64,000 nucleotides of DNA from a candidate division WOR-3 bacterium (GTDB taxonomy: Bacteria; Hydrothermota; Tepidihabitantia; Tepidihabitantales; Tepidihabitantaceae), in the NCBI GenBank assembly GCA_039801365.1, contig JBDRUN010000003.1, forward strand, positions 2,146-66,145, written 5' to 3'. The position numbers and the translations under genes were made by a program. The notes beneath the pieces were generated by a model. The model saw only the letters and a program-made list of their open reading frames with translations. It did no database searches and was not told the origin of the DNA. This document shows positions 40,389 through 50,037 of the stretch, piece after piece. Each line of letters begins with the position of its first letter. The first letter of the stretch is position 1.

Positions 40389-41588
40389 CTACTCTGGTCT
40401 GGGCAGACTGACTCGGGTCGGTTTGTCCGTGCGCAGGCCAAGAGCGTAGTCGGCCTGCAGGAGTTTGTGAATCTCGCGCGAGCCTTCGTAAATCTGCGCG
40501 CCTTTGGCGTTGCGGTAGAACCGTTCGACGTTGTATTCGTTGGAGAAGCCGTATGCGCCGTGAATCTGGACCGCGTTGGACGCAGCCCGCTCGGCACACT
40601 GGCAGGCGTACATCTTGGCCAGCGAGGTCTCGCGGGTTGAGCGGCGGCCTTCATTCTTGAGCCAGCCGGCCTTGAGCCAGAGCAGGCGGGCGGCTTCGTA
40701 GTCTGAGGCTATCTCGGCAATCATCTCCTTGATGAGTTGGTGTTCGGCGATGGGCCGGCCAAATGTGGTGCGGGTCTGGGCGTACTCGACCGAGGCTTCA
40801 AGGCAGGCGCGAATCAAGCCGGTGGAACCTGCGGCTACGGTATAGCGGCCCTGGTCTATGGCAAACATCGCAATACGGAATCCTTCGCCTTCTTGTCCGA
40901 GTAGGTTCTCTTTGGGCACGCGCACATCGTCCAGGGCAATCGAGCCGGTGTTGCCGGCCCGTACACCCAGCTTGCCGTGAATCGTGGCCGTGGTCAGGCC
41001 TTTCATCCCTCTTTCCAGGAGGAATGCGGACATGCCAGTATGGTCGCGCTTGCGCTTCTTCTCGGCGTCGGTCCAGGCGATGATGAGGAAGTGGTCGGCG
41101 ATGTCGGCTAGGGAGATCCACATCTTCTCGCCAGAGATGATGTAGTCGCTGCCGTCCTTACGGGCAGTGGTCTGAATACCCATGGCGTCGCTGCCGGCCG
41201 CGGGTTCGGTGAGGCCAAAGGTGCTCAGTTTCTCGCCCTTAGCCTGAGGGATGAGCCAGCGCCGTTTCTGCTCCTCGGTGCCCCAGGAAAGCAGGGTCAG
41301 GCTGTTGAGACCGACGTGCACCGAGAGAATGACGCGGAGTGAAGTGTCCACGAATTCTAGTTCTTCACAGGCTAGGCCCAGCGCGATGTAGTCGTTGCCT
41401 ATGCCGCCGTATCTTTCGGGCAGAGAAAGGCCTAGAAGACCGAGCCCGGCCATTCCTCGCAAGAAGGAAAGGTCGAATTCTGCCTTCTGATCCCGTTCTT
41501 GTATCACTGGCAGGACTTCGGTCTGAGCCCACTTGCGGGCCAGGTCCTGCACGAACTTCTGTTCTTCGGTGAAAGAGAAGTCTATCAT
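40389..41588 (-). CDS. Acyl-CoA dehydrogenase (glutaryl-CoA-dehydrogenase-like)
   Basis: ACAD N/M/C domain motifs (GLTEPAAGSD, YIISGEKMWIS, QIHGAYGFSNEY, IYEGSREI); start at MIDFSF behind GGAGGA RBS. Confidence 0.9.
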   Translation of the reverse strand: MIDFSFTEEQKFVQDLARKWAQTEVLPVIQERDQKAEFDLSFLRGMAGLGLLGLSLPERYGGIGNDYIALGLACEELEFVDTSLRVILSVHVGLNSLTLLSWGTEEQKRRWLIPQAKGEKLSTFGLTEPAAGSDAMGIQTTARKDGSDYIISGEKMWISLADIADHFLIIAWTDAEKKRKRDHTGMSAFLLERGMKGLTTATIHGKLGVRAGNTGSIALDDVRVPKENLLGQEGEGFRIAMFAIDQGRYTVAAGSTGLIRACLEASVEYAQTRTTFGRPIAEHQLIKEMIAEIASDYEAARLLWLKAGWLKNEGRRSTRETSLAKMYACQCAERAASNAVQIHGAYGFSNEYNVERFYRNAKGAQIYEGSREIHKLLQADYALGLRTDKPTRVSLPRPE

Positions 41589-41664
41589 AGGTCCTCCTGG
41601 GTAAGGCTTCGAGTCCAATAGTCGAAAAGCTGAAAGGTTGTACTGCCGGAGCGTTGCGGCTGTT

Positions 41665-42942
41665 TCACGATTTGCCCGTTGGTGGGAGAGAAAGGAGCTT
41701 TTCTAGGTCCAGTCTGGCCGAAAGCTTGCTCTGTGCGTGCGCCTCGATCAGGGCGGAAAGAGGAAACAGGTTCTGTTCGCGCAGGAGCAGGGCCAGAGCG
41801 TACAATGCGGCCCCGCGGCGGCCCGCGGTGCGGCGAAGGGGAGTCCGTATAACCTTCGCTTCGGTTTCGGGCTCAGGCAGTTCTTCATCAAGCAGAACAA
41901 GGCCGGTGCGCATTGAGCGCAGTGTCGGTGCACAGCGTCGAAAGCCGTCGTTTGAGGTGATTGCGGCTAGATCGGGTACGGTCGTGCCGGTGTAGAGTAT
42001 TGGGTCTGGAGAGATAACGATGTCTGCCGCAGAATAGCCGGTTCCTACCGTAACCGGATACCAGCCTCGCTTTGTTGCGCTGAGTCCTGAGGAGACCGCG
42101 GCACGGGCGAACAGCTCGGCCGCGGATTGGACGCCTTCGCCTGCTGAGCCGCCGAGCATTATCGAGACGCGGCGGTCCAGGCCGGACTCGTGTCGGCGGG
42201 CGATTGGTTTCAGGTCGAGCAGTGAAGCCGTATTCGTCCTTTCAGGAAAGCGGCACGGTGTCACACCCGGGTTGAGCAGAAGTTCAAGAGAAAGTCCGGC
42301 TTCGCGCACTAGGTCCTCGACCGACCGGCCCGGGTTGTGCTTGGAGCCGTAGCTGGGACACTGTTCCATTACTTCCACGAGCGAGAATCCCTGCGTTGCA
42401 ATGGCGCGGGCAATCGCTTCGGAGAAGTCGCCCCGGCAGATTACCCGTTCCACACTGGCCGCGCCGGCCGCGTGCAGACGGCGGCACAGGTCGGCGCCGC
42501 GTTCCTTCGTGCCTTGCGGATGGGTAGGGGTGCGGTAACCGCAGGGCGTGAGCCCGGAAGGCTGGCCTCCGGTCATCCCATAGAGCATGTTGTTGAAGAC
42601 TACTGCGGTCAGGTTGAAGTTGCGGTGAGCGGCCTCGATAAGGTGTTGAAGTCCGATGACCGCGCCGCCGTCGCCGAGAAAGGCAATGACCGTTTTTCCT
42701 TCTGGCAGGCCGGCCGCAATCCCTGAGGCCAGAGCTACCGAGCGGCCGTGGATGCCGTGTACCGTGTGAGTGTGGAAGTTGCGGTCGATGATGCCGTGAC
42801 AGCCGATGTCGGTGACTAGCACCACGTCAAGCGGGTTCACGGCCAGTTTCTTGAGGGCTTTGGCCGTGTTGCGCACGACCAGTGCGTGGCCGCATCCTGG
42901 GCAGAAGGGCAGGTTAGAATCGGAAAGGAACACGTCGCTCAA
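41665..42942 (-). CDS. 2-oxoacid:ferredoxin oxidoreductase beta subunit fused to gamma subunit
   Basis: N-terminal TPP-binding domain (FCPGCGH, GDGG..IGLQH, NNMLYGMTGGQ) and C-terminal gamma-domain-like region (IMLGGSAGEGVQSAAELF). Confidence 0.8.
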   Translation of the reverse strand: MSDVFLSDSNLPFCPGCGHALVVRNTAKALKKLAVNPLDVVLVTDIGCHGIIDRNFHTHTVHGIHGRSVALASGIAAGLPEGKTVIAFLGDGGAVIGLQHLIEAAHRNFNLTAVVFNNMLYGMTGGQPSGLTPCGYRTPTHPQGTKERGADLCRRLHAAGAASVERVICRGDFSEAIARAIATQGFSLVEVMEQCPSYGSKHNPGRSVEDLVREAGLSLELLLNPGVTPCRFPERTNTASLLDLKPIARRHESGLDRRVSIMLGGSAGEGVQSAAELFARAAVSSGLSATKRGWYPVTVGTGYSAADIVISPDPILYTGTTVPDLAAITSNDGFRRCAPTLRSMRTGLVLLDEELPEPETEAKVIRTPLRRTAGRRGAALYALALLLREQNLFPLSALIEAHAQSKLSARLDLEKLLSLPPTGKS

Positions 42943-44057
42943 ACTGCCTCGGCAATCTCTTCAGGTGTTATCAACCGACCCAGGGCGTTGACTCCCTTTA
43001 GTCCGTCTCGACCGGCGGAGCCGAAGAGCAGTTCGCGCAGTTGTCCGGTCAGGTTCTCCTCGGCAACTATGACCCGTGGGTAACGGCCGATTATGTCTAG
43101 ATAGACCGGGGGTAGGGGGACGAGGGTCTTGGGAATGAGCAGGGATACGCGCCTGCCTTGTCGGCGTAGGAGCGACACTGCCTCGCGGGCCGCGAGTGCG
43201 GTAACGTCCCAGGCTACGATTATGGTCTGTGCTCCGGTTTGTTCATCCAAGTCGAACCGGGTGAAATCAGGCAGGTTGGCGATGACCTTTTCCTGCAGAC
43301 GGACAGAATTGGCCAAGGCTTCGCCTGAGGCCGGACCAGGAACGCCTTTCGCATCGTGCGTCGAGGCGTTGAGACGTACCTGATGAGTTGAGTTGCCTAC
43401 TGGCAGGAACGGCGGGACGAGGTTCGCTTCCGGCGCGTAGGTCTGGTAAGGGCCGGGTCCCGAGTACAGATTGTGGAAGGCAGATTCGATTTCCGGTAGG
43501 CTGGAAAGGTCAAAGTCACGCTGGGTCATCACCATCTCTTTGGAGGTGAGCACCACCACGGGCGTGCGAAGGGATAGTGCAGTGCGCACCGCCAGGGCCG
43601 GCAGTTCCCAGCAGTCAGCAAAATCTGCCGGACACAGAACTGGCAGTGCATAGCCGCCGGAGAGCAGGCCGCGGACGAGCAACAGGTCGCCTTGACCGCT
43701 GTCAGTTGCGCTGCCGGTGGACGGGCCCAGTCGCTGGGCCAAAACGATGACCATTGGCAGTTCCATCATGTGGGCCATACCAATGGACTCTGCCATCAGG
43801 GCGAATCCGGGATAGGAAGTGGCGGTGAAGGGAACCCGGCCAGAGGCCGAGAGCCCGGCCATCCATTGCAGTGCGGTAATTTCGTCCGGAGCCGGGACCG
43901 CCATCGGGATGCGCTGAAACGCATAGGCGTAGATGAGATTGGACGGAGTAATTGGGTAGCCAAGAAAAGTATTGGCTCCGGAACGTGCCAGAGACTCAAC
44001 GATCAGGCGGGAACCGTCAATCAGGCAGGTGTGCGAGTCAGGCTTTACAATGTTCAT
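42939..44057 (-). CDS. 2-oxoacid:ferredoxin oxidoreductase alpha subunit
   Basis: KorA/PorA family N-terminal domain (DGSRLIVESLARSGANTFLGYPITPS), translationally coupled to the beta-gamma gene. Confidence 0.85.
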   Translation of the reverse strand: MNIVKPDSHTCLIDGSRLIVESLARSGANTFLGYPITPSNLIYAYAFQRIPMAVPAPDEITALQWMAGLSASGRVPFTATSYPGFALMAESIGMAHMMELPMVIVLAQRLGPSTGSATDSGQGDLLLVRGLLSGGYALPVLCPADFADCWELPALAVRTALSLRTPVVVLTSKEMVMTQRDFDLSSLPEIESAFHNLYSGPGPYQTYAPEANLVPPFLPVGNSTHQVRLNASTHDAKGVPGPASGEALANSVRLQEKVIANLPDFTRFDLDEQTGAQTIIVAWDVTALAAREAVSLLRRQGRRVSLLIPKTLVPLPPVYLDIIGRYPRVIVAEENLTGQLRELLFGSAGRDGLKGVNALGRLITPEEIAEAV

Positions 44058-44076
44058 CCAGAAGCTGCCGGTCGCA

Positions 44077-45375
44077 CTAGCGACGCGAAAGACCGACCCG
44101 GCGATACACCGCAGGCACGTGCTTGAGCAGTTGCCTTACGTTAAGAATCCGGGCCAGGCCGCGAGTTCCCAGTTTCTTTAGTATGACTGGGTTCTGCCGG
44201 CACAAGTCGGTGAACGGCCGGCCGGTTTGGCGCGACTCAAATGCCAGTTCCTGTACCAACTTGTAGGCAGTATCCCGGCTGGTGCCGGCGCGCACCAGGG
44301 CGAGCATCAATCCTTGAGAGAAGAACGAACCACCTGATGCCTCAAGGTTCTGTTTCATCCGGTCAGGGCGTACGACTAGTCCGGTCAGCACACCGGTGAG
44401 CTTGCGTATGATGTAGTGAACCAGGCAGAAAGCGCCGGGAATGGTGATTCTCTCAGGAGCAGAGTTGGTTAAGTCGCGTTCGTGCCAGAGCGGGATGTTC
44501 TCGTACCCAGCTGCGGCCAAGCCGCGCACCACGCGGGCCAGACCGCACACCCGTTCGCAGACGATTGGATTCTGTTTGTGCGGCATGGCAGACGAACCAC
44601 GCTGTTTTCGGGCAAATGGCTCGCCCACTTCGCCAATCTCGGTGCGCTGAAGGTTGCGTATCTCCGTGGCGATGCGTTCCATGCCCGCGGCAACAAGAGC
44701 CAAGATGCAGAGCAGGAAGGCGTGTCGGTCACGGGGAATGACCTGGGTTGAGACAGGCTCTGGCTTTAGTCCCAGTTCTTTCAGCACCCGGGCCTCGAAT
44801 GCGGGGGAGAGCTGCGTGTAGGCTCCGACCGTGCCGGAAATCTTGCCGTAGCTCATCTCGACCGAGGCAAGGCGGAGTCTGGTCAGGTTGCGGTCAGTCT
44901 CCTCATACCAGGAAAGACACTTGAGACCGAAGGTTATCGGCTCGGCGTGCACTCCGTGGGTGCGGCCGATCATCGGTGTGTGTTTGTGGGCAAGCGCAAG
45001 CCGGGCAGTCTGGACTCGCAGGTCGCCAAGAGCGGCCTCGATTATTGCTAGGCCGGAAATGCAGCGCAGTGACAGTGCGGTATCCACGACGTCGTAGGAG
45101 GTGAGTCCGTAGTGGACGTAGCGGCCGGCCGGGCCGACACTGCGGGCAACGCTCTTTGTGAAGGCGATGACATCGTGACTTGTCTCTTTTTCGAAGCGCT
45201 CGATTTCCTTCAGGTTGAATGATGCATGCTGAATTGCGCGGGCCGCGGTGGCCGGGATGATACCGAGTTCGCCCTGCACCTTGGCGACCGCCTTTTCTAC
45301 GAGCAGCCACGAGTTGAACTTTGCAGTCTCGGACCACAGAGCGGCCATCTCAGGTAGGGTGTACCGTTCGATCAT
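44077..45375 (-). CDS. purB: Adenylosuccinate lyase
   Basis: RYTLPEMAALWSE N-terminus, fumarate-lyase signature GSSAMPHKQNP. Confidence 0.95.
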   Translation of the reverse strand: MIERYTLPEMAALWSETAKFNSWLLVEKAVAKVQGELGIIPATAARAIQHASFNLKEIERFEKETSHDVIAFTKSVARSVGPAGRYVHYGLTSYDVVDTALSLRCISGLAIIEAALGDLRVQTARLALAHKHTPMIGRTHGVHAEPITFGLKCLSWYEETDRNLTRLRLASVEMSYGKISGTVGAYTQLSPAFEARVLKELGLKPEPVSTQVIPRDRHAFLLCILALVAAGMERIATEIRNLQRTEIGEVGEPFARKQRGSSAMPHKQNPIVCERVCGLARVVRGLAAAGYENIPLWHERDLTNSAPERITIPGAFCLVHYIIRKLTGVLTGLVVRPDRMKQNLEASGGSFFSQGLMLALVRAGTSRDTAYKLVQELAFESRQTGRPFTDLCRQNPVILKKLGTRGLARILNVRQLLKHVPAVYRRVGLSRR

Positions 45376-46463
45376 CGCAGTTGATAGACCAAGCGGGCCT
45401 GTTCGCCTCCCCGGTCAATGACGATGTCAATGGTTCCGAACGGTTGTTGGTACGTTCTGGCAAAGCTGGCAGCGTTGCGCACCACCTTGCCCTGGGCCAT
45501 GAGGATGACATCGCCCGGAGCGAGGCCAATAGTTCGAGCAATGCCGGTGTTGGCCACCTCGGTGACGACGACCCCACGATCATAGACGAGGTTGAAGCGG
45601 GCACGGAGCTTTGAGTCAATGTCGGCGACCGAGCAGCCAAGGCCGGTCGAAAGAGTAGTGGTGGCAGCGGCCGTGCCGCGCACCTCGGCGATGAACTTCT
45701 TGACGTCGTTTATTGGCCGGGCAAATCCGATGCCTTCAGACCCACCGGAGTGAGTGAAGATGAAGGTGTTGATGCCGATGACCTCGGCGTCGGCGTTGAC
45801 TAGTGGCCCGCCAGAATTACCCGGGTTGATGGCGGCATCGGTCTGAATCATGTCCGACATCACCCGGCCCTGGCCGGTTTTGACGTCGCGGTGTAGGGCG
45901 GAAATTACGCCGACCGTAACCGTGGGCTGGGCATCCTCAAGCAGGAACCCGAAGGGGTTGCCAAAAGCGATAGCCCATTCACCGATCATCAGGTTATCGG
46001 AATTGCCGAGTGGGGCAAAGGGAAGTCCCCGGGCTTTGACTCGGAGTAGGGCAAGGTCCCGGGCATCGTCAATGCCTTCGAGTTCGGCATCGAACTCCTG
46101 ATTCGAGGGCAAGGTTACCTTGATTATCGAGGCGTTGCGTACGACATGGGCGTTGGTGATAATGTCGCCCGATTCAGAAACGATGACGCCCGAGCCCATT
46201 GACTTCACTTCCTGCCGATACTGTCGCGGCGGGAAGAAGTCGCGGAAGAAGTCGTCGAATCCGAATCCGCCAAAGGGGTCGTAAGTGACGACCCGGACCT
46301 GGGTCACGACGACGGAGACGACCGCGGGGCTGACACGGCGTGCGGCACGGACGATTGCGGTCTGACGCGATTCAGATATTTCTTCTTGCGGGCCGGCCCT
46401 GCACAATACAACCGGGACCAGCAGGGCGACAATGAGTAGTAATGCCGGTAGGTAACGTTTCAT
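45372..46463 (-). CDS. htrA: HtrA/DegP-family periplasmic serine protease (trypsin domain plus PDZ)
   Basis: Signal peptide MKRYLPALLLIVALLVPVVLC; catalytic triad context (TNAHVV; DLALL; GNSGGPL); C-terminal PDZ; the ORF-track 5' extension is unlikely. Confidence 0.85.
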   Translation of the reverse strand: MKRYLPALLLIVALLVPVVLCRAGPQEEISESRQTAIVRAARRVSPAVVSVVVTQVRVVTYDPFGGFGFDDFFRDFFPPRQYRQEVKSMGSGVIVSESGDIITNAHVVRNASIIKVTLPSNQEFDAELEGIDDARDLALLRVKARGLPFAPLGNSDNLMIGEWAIAFGNPFGFLLEDAQPTVTVGVISALHRDVKTGQGRVMSDMIQTDAAINPGNSGGPLVNADAEVIGINTFIFTHSGGSEGIGFARPINDVKKFIAEVRGTAAATTTLSTGLGCSVADIDSKLRARFNLVYDRGVVVTEVANTGIARTIGLAPGDVILMAQGKVVRNAASFARTYQQPFGTIDIVIDRGGEQARLVYQLR

Positions 46464-46568
46464 AGCCTTGGCCAGTGTAGCAACGCCAGGCGGCAAGGTC
46501 AAGGCAGATGGAGAAGATAGAGTCGAGACACGCTCGGCACTGCAACCGGTTGACAATTCAATGGTTTC

Positions 46569-47051
46569 GTGGTAAACCATTGCCGCCGGCGGAAAGGGCT
46601 GCTGGCGAAACGGAAAATGGCGGCAATGAGTCGTGAGGTCGCCGAGCAGGTTCAGCATGACCACGTTGTGGAGGTGCCATACCGGGAATACCACAATTAC
46701 CCGAGTCTGGCGCACCCGCACCTGCTGACTTACTTCAATCACCCCTACAAGTCGCGGGGCGCGCGTGATGAACCGGGCAACGAGCTGTTTCCCGACATAG
46801 TCGTGTACTGGCTTGAAACTGACAAGTTGATGTTAGCAACCAAGGTCGAGACCGAGTCAACGGTGAATTACGAGGAAGCACAGGAGCGGGAGATTCAGCC
46901 GGCCTGGAGCAAGCTTCCATCTGTACGTTCCACACGGGCTGGGCAGGGTCGCGAAGCTGCTGTGCAAGGGTATGAGAGTAGCCGAATTGGTCGAGTACCG
47001 CAAAGAGGGGACAAAGTTCATCATCGAGCGGTATGGCCAGGCGCATCTTGA
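46569..47051 (+). CDS. Hypothetical protein; 3' end possibly frameshifted
   Basis: A conserved-looking peptide continues in another frame after about 46920 (…YVPHGLGRVAKLLCKGMRVAELVEYRKEGTKFIIERYGQAH*), suggesting a frameshift; no family assignment. Confidence 0.25.
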   Translation: MVNHCRRRKGLLAKRKMAAMSREVAEQVQHDHVVEVPYREYHNYPSLAHPHLLTYFNHPYKSRGARDEPGNELFPDIVVYWLETDKLMLATKVETESTVNYEEAQEREIQPAWSKLPSVRSTRAGQGREAAVQGYESSRIGRVPQRGDKVHHRAVWPGAS

Positions 47052-47115
47052 CAGTGGTATGAATCCAGGCCCGTCTGAGAACATCTTGATGTCCGAGTAT
47101 TGAAGGAGAGCAGGT

Positions 47116-48078
47116 TTGCGAACGAAGCTGGCAACCTACAACGTGCAGAATTTGGGGCGCCAGGACCTGCCCGAGCCCACGATGTATCGCAGGAAGCTCG
47201 ATTTCATTGTTAGGGCAATCACTGGACTTGACGCGGACCTCGTGGTGGTGAACGAGTTACGCGAGCAGGCGAGCTTTTTCGATCTCGCCGAAGCATGCGG
47301 TTCCTATTCTGGGCGGTTGCTTGGCGACGCGCGGCCCGGCGCGCGCGAGGTTCACACCGGAATACTGACAAGGCTCGAGGTGCTTGAGTGTGGTCAGTGG
47401 CGTGAGTTCCCGGCGACCGTACCCGGCCGGCCTGGAGAATTGGTTCAGCTTGTTTTCTCACGGCCAGTGCCGTGGGTAAAGGTACGGCTTGGAAACGGAC
47501 AGACACTGTTTGCTGCCGGAGTTCACCTGAAATCTCGTCGGCCCGAGGTTGAAGCTATTCCGGTCAGCGAATCGGCGCGGCGGCGAGAGGTGTTGGGGCA
47601 GACACTGGCCGTACAGACAAGGATGGCTGAAGCTGGCGGGCTACGCTGCCTTCTGGATGAGGTGATGGTTGGCAAAGCGGCCCACCATTTTGCGGTGCTT
47701 GGGGATTTCAACGACCCGGTTGATTCGATGACCGTGAGCCTTGTGTGCGGCAGAAGGGTTGACGATTGCGAGGCCGGTTCTGCGGACTCGTGTCTGCTTT
47801 TTCCTGTGGAGTTGAAAACCGACGGCCGGCGACCGTATTCCTACGTCGGGTCAGGTGGGCAGGCACTGATTGACCACATTCTTGTTAGCCAGGACCTGCT
47901 GGCGCAGGTTGTTCAGGCCGGGGTCGAAACCCGACTGCTTGACCCCGGGCTGGTTGCCGGGCAGTCGTCAATTACCTCTGACCACGCACCGGTCTGGGTA
48001 GAGGTCGAGTTGACAGAGCAAACCGGAGCAGACGTCGGTACGAATAGACCGGGGGATAGCAGGGACGGGAGGACCTAA
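47116..48078 (+). CDS. Endonuclease/exonuclease/phosphatase (EEP) family protein
   Basis: LKLATYNVQNL, VVVNEL, VLGDFND, SDHAPVWVEV EEP catalytic motifs. Confidence 0.8.
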   Translation: MRTKLATYNVQNLGRQDLPEPTMYRRKLDFIVRAITGLDADLVVVNELREQASFFDLAEACGSYSGRLLGDARPGAREVHTGILTRLEVLECGQWREFPATVPGRPGELVQLVFSRPVPWVKVRLGNGQTLFAAGVHLKSRRPEVEAIPVSESARRREVLGQTLAVQTRMAEAGGLRCLLDEVMVGKAAHHFAVLGDFNDPVDSMTVSLVCGRRVDDCEAGSADSCLLFPVELKTDGRRPYSYVGSGGQALIDHILVSQDLLAQVVQAGVETRLLDPGLVAGQSSITSDHAPVWVEVELTEQTGADVGTNRPGDSRDGRT

Positions 48079-48093
48079 GGAAAAGGAGGGTGA

Positions 48094-49905
48094 ATGAGTC
48101 CGGGAAGTAGGAACGCCACGGTTGTGTCTTTGTGGTTTGTGCTGGCTCTGGGCATGTTGGTGCTGCCAGCCAGGGCCGAGCTTGGGTACGTTGAGTGTTC
48201 GACCGGGCTGCGGGAAAATCCCAGGCTCGACGGCGGTCGGACCGAGCTGGAGATGGCCGATATTGACAACGATGGCAATGTTGACATCTTGTCAATCGGA
48301 GACCACGGCAGTCCTTGGATAAACACCCAGGAGCATGGCGTGATGGTGTGGTTCGGCAACGGCGCGGGTGGCTGGACCAACTACATGTCGCCGGATACCC
48401 TGGGCTACGGCGGTATCGCAGTGGGGGATGTGAACTGGGACGGCAGATGGGACGTAGGTTACGGTATGCATCACAACTATGCCAATGGCGACCTTGGCGA
48501 TCAGGTGCTTGAGGTAGCACTTGGAGATGGTACTGGCCGACACTGGGTTGCGTGGGATGATTCTCTTGCCATGGAAGGCCAGGACTGGGGCATGTTCTCG
48601 ACCGATTTCGCGGACATTGACAATGACGGCGATTTGGACCTGGGTTCGATTTCGTTCGGTGCGGACGACGGTATCCACGTTTATCTGAATCTGGAAAACG
48701 GCGCGTGGCGACGGTCTTTCGGGTTTCTTGGCGGGAACTCAAACATGGAATTCTACTTCCGGGACGTGAATCGGGACGGCAACACAGATATGATTGCCGC
48801 ACATCAGTACGGCAGTGTCTGGTTCGGCAACGGTGCGGGTGGGTTTTCGCCGGCAAGCACCGGTCTACCATCTTACAACCGCGGTCTATGGGGCCTGTCA
48901 GCAGGCGACGCGGATAATGACGGCGGATGCGATGTGGCATTTGCCAATGACTCAGGCGGGGTTGAGGTGTACCGGTGGAACGGGTCGCGCTGGGTCGAAT
49001 TCTCTGGCAGTCTGCCTGGAACTGGCGACTTCGAGGGAACTCAACTGTGCGACATGGATGCTGACGGATTCACTGACCTTGTAGCCCTGGGTGGCGGTCT
49101 GGTAAAGGTGTGGAAAGGCGACGGTGCTGGCAACTGGACCGAGGCGGCGAGTATCTCGATACCCACGCCCGGCTACTACAGTGCCTTGCGTACCGGCGCA
49201 GACTTTGACCACAACGGCCGGCCGGACATCTGCTGTGTGACCGAAGAAGGAAACTGGCCCAATGACCGCAACTATGCGCACGCATTTCGGGAGTCAAGCC
49301 CAGCCGAAAGTCTGCGCATATTCCCGGTGTTTCCCCGTGGCGGGGAGAAGTTTATCGGCGGCTCGGTGCAGTTCATAGACTGGTGGAGCGAGGCGCCGAA
49401 CGCCTCCAGCACCAGAGTGAAGCTCGAACTTTCGATCCAAGGTTCTTCTGGACCGTGGCAGCCGATTGCCGACAGTCTGCGTAATGCAGGAAGGCATCAG
49501 TGGTTGGTCCCGCCAGGTGCGGTTTCGGCGAACTGCTATATCCGTTACACAGTCTATGGGCCAGGCGGGGCGGCACAGGGCATTACGCCCCGGCCGTTCA
49601 CAATCGGGCAACCGACCAAGGTCGAGGAACACTCCTGCATTCCGGGTGTGGAAACAGGTGTACTAGTAAGGCCGAACCCGATGAGGGACAGGCTCACCAT
49701 CGAGTTCAGGTCAGGCATGGCAGGCCGAGTGCAGCTGGCGCTCTGCGATGTATCAGGCCGGCAGGTATGTTGCGGTCAGTTCGAGAAAGTGGATGCAGGG
49801 TGCACCTTGATTCTGCGGATGGACGGCGTTACGGCCGGGACTTACTTCTTAAGAGTAGAAGACAGGGCCGGCGCCGTTGTCAGACGCATCGTCAAGACGA
49901 ACTAG
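48094..49905 (+). CDS. FG-GAP/VCBS-repeat beta-propeller protein with T9SS C-terminal sorting domain
   Basis: At least 6 repeats of D-x-[DN]-x-DG-x-x-D (DIDNDGNVD, DIDNDGDLD, DVNRDGNTD, DADNDGGCD, DMDADGFTD, DFDHNGRPD); C-terminal LVRPNPMRDRLTIEF...GTYFLRV CTD. Confidence 0.8.
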   Translation: MSPGSRNATVVSLWFVLALGMLVLPARAELGYVECSTGLRENPRLDGGRTELEMADIDNDGNVDILSIGDHGSPWINTQEHGVMVWFGNGAGGWTNYMSPDTLGYGGIAVGDVNWDGRWDVGYGMHHNYANGDLGDQVLEVALGDGTGRHWVAWDDSLAMEGQDWGMFSTDFADIDNDGDLDLGSISFGADDGIHVYLNLENGAWRRSFGFLGGNSNMEFYFRDVNRDGNTDMIAAHQYGSVWFGNGAGGFSPASTGLPSYNRGLWGLSAGDADNDGGCDVAFANDSGGVEVYRWNGSRWVEFSGSLPGTGDFEGTQLCDMDADGFTDLVALGGGLVKVWKGDGAGNWTEAASISIPTPGYYSALRTGADFDHNGRPDICCVTEEGNWPNDRNYAHAFRESSPAESLRIFPVFPRGGEKFIGGSVQFIDWWSEAPNASSTRVKLELSIQGSSGPWQPIADSLRNAGRHQWLVPPGAVSANCYIRYTVYGPGGAAQGITPRPFTIGQPTKVEEHSCIPGVETGVLVRPNPMRDRLTIEFRSGMAGRVQLALCDVSGRQVCCGQFEKVDAGCTLILRMDGVTAGTYFLRVEDRAGAVVRRIVKTN

Positions 49906-50037
49906 ACAGTCAGCCGCGCGCATGTACAATGTGGCGGTGCAGCCAGGAGCTGTGACCGGCTTGACGGTGGCCAGGCAGAGTCAGACAAGTACGGGTTCGG
50001 CACTGGACGCACGGCAACAAAGCGATAGGGAGGAAAG

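Noticed and set aside
40173-40640. Overlapping ORFs 40173-40640 (+) and 40183-40599 (-)
   Set aside because: They overlap the 3' end of the acyl-CoA dehydrogenase gene and each other; only the 62-aa co-directional ORF was kept, at low confidence.
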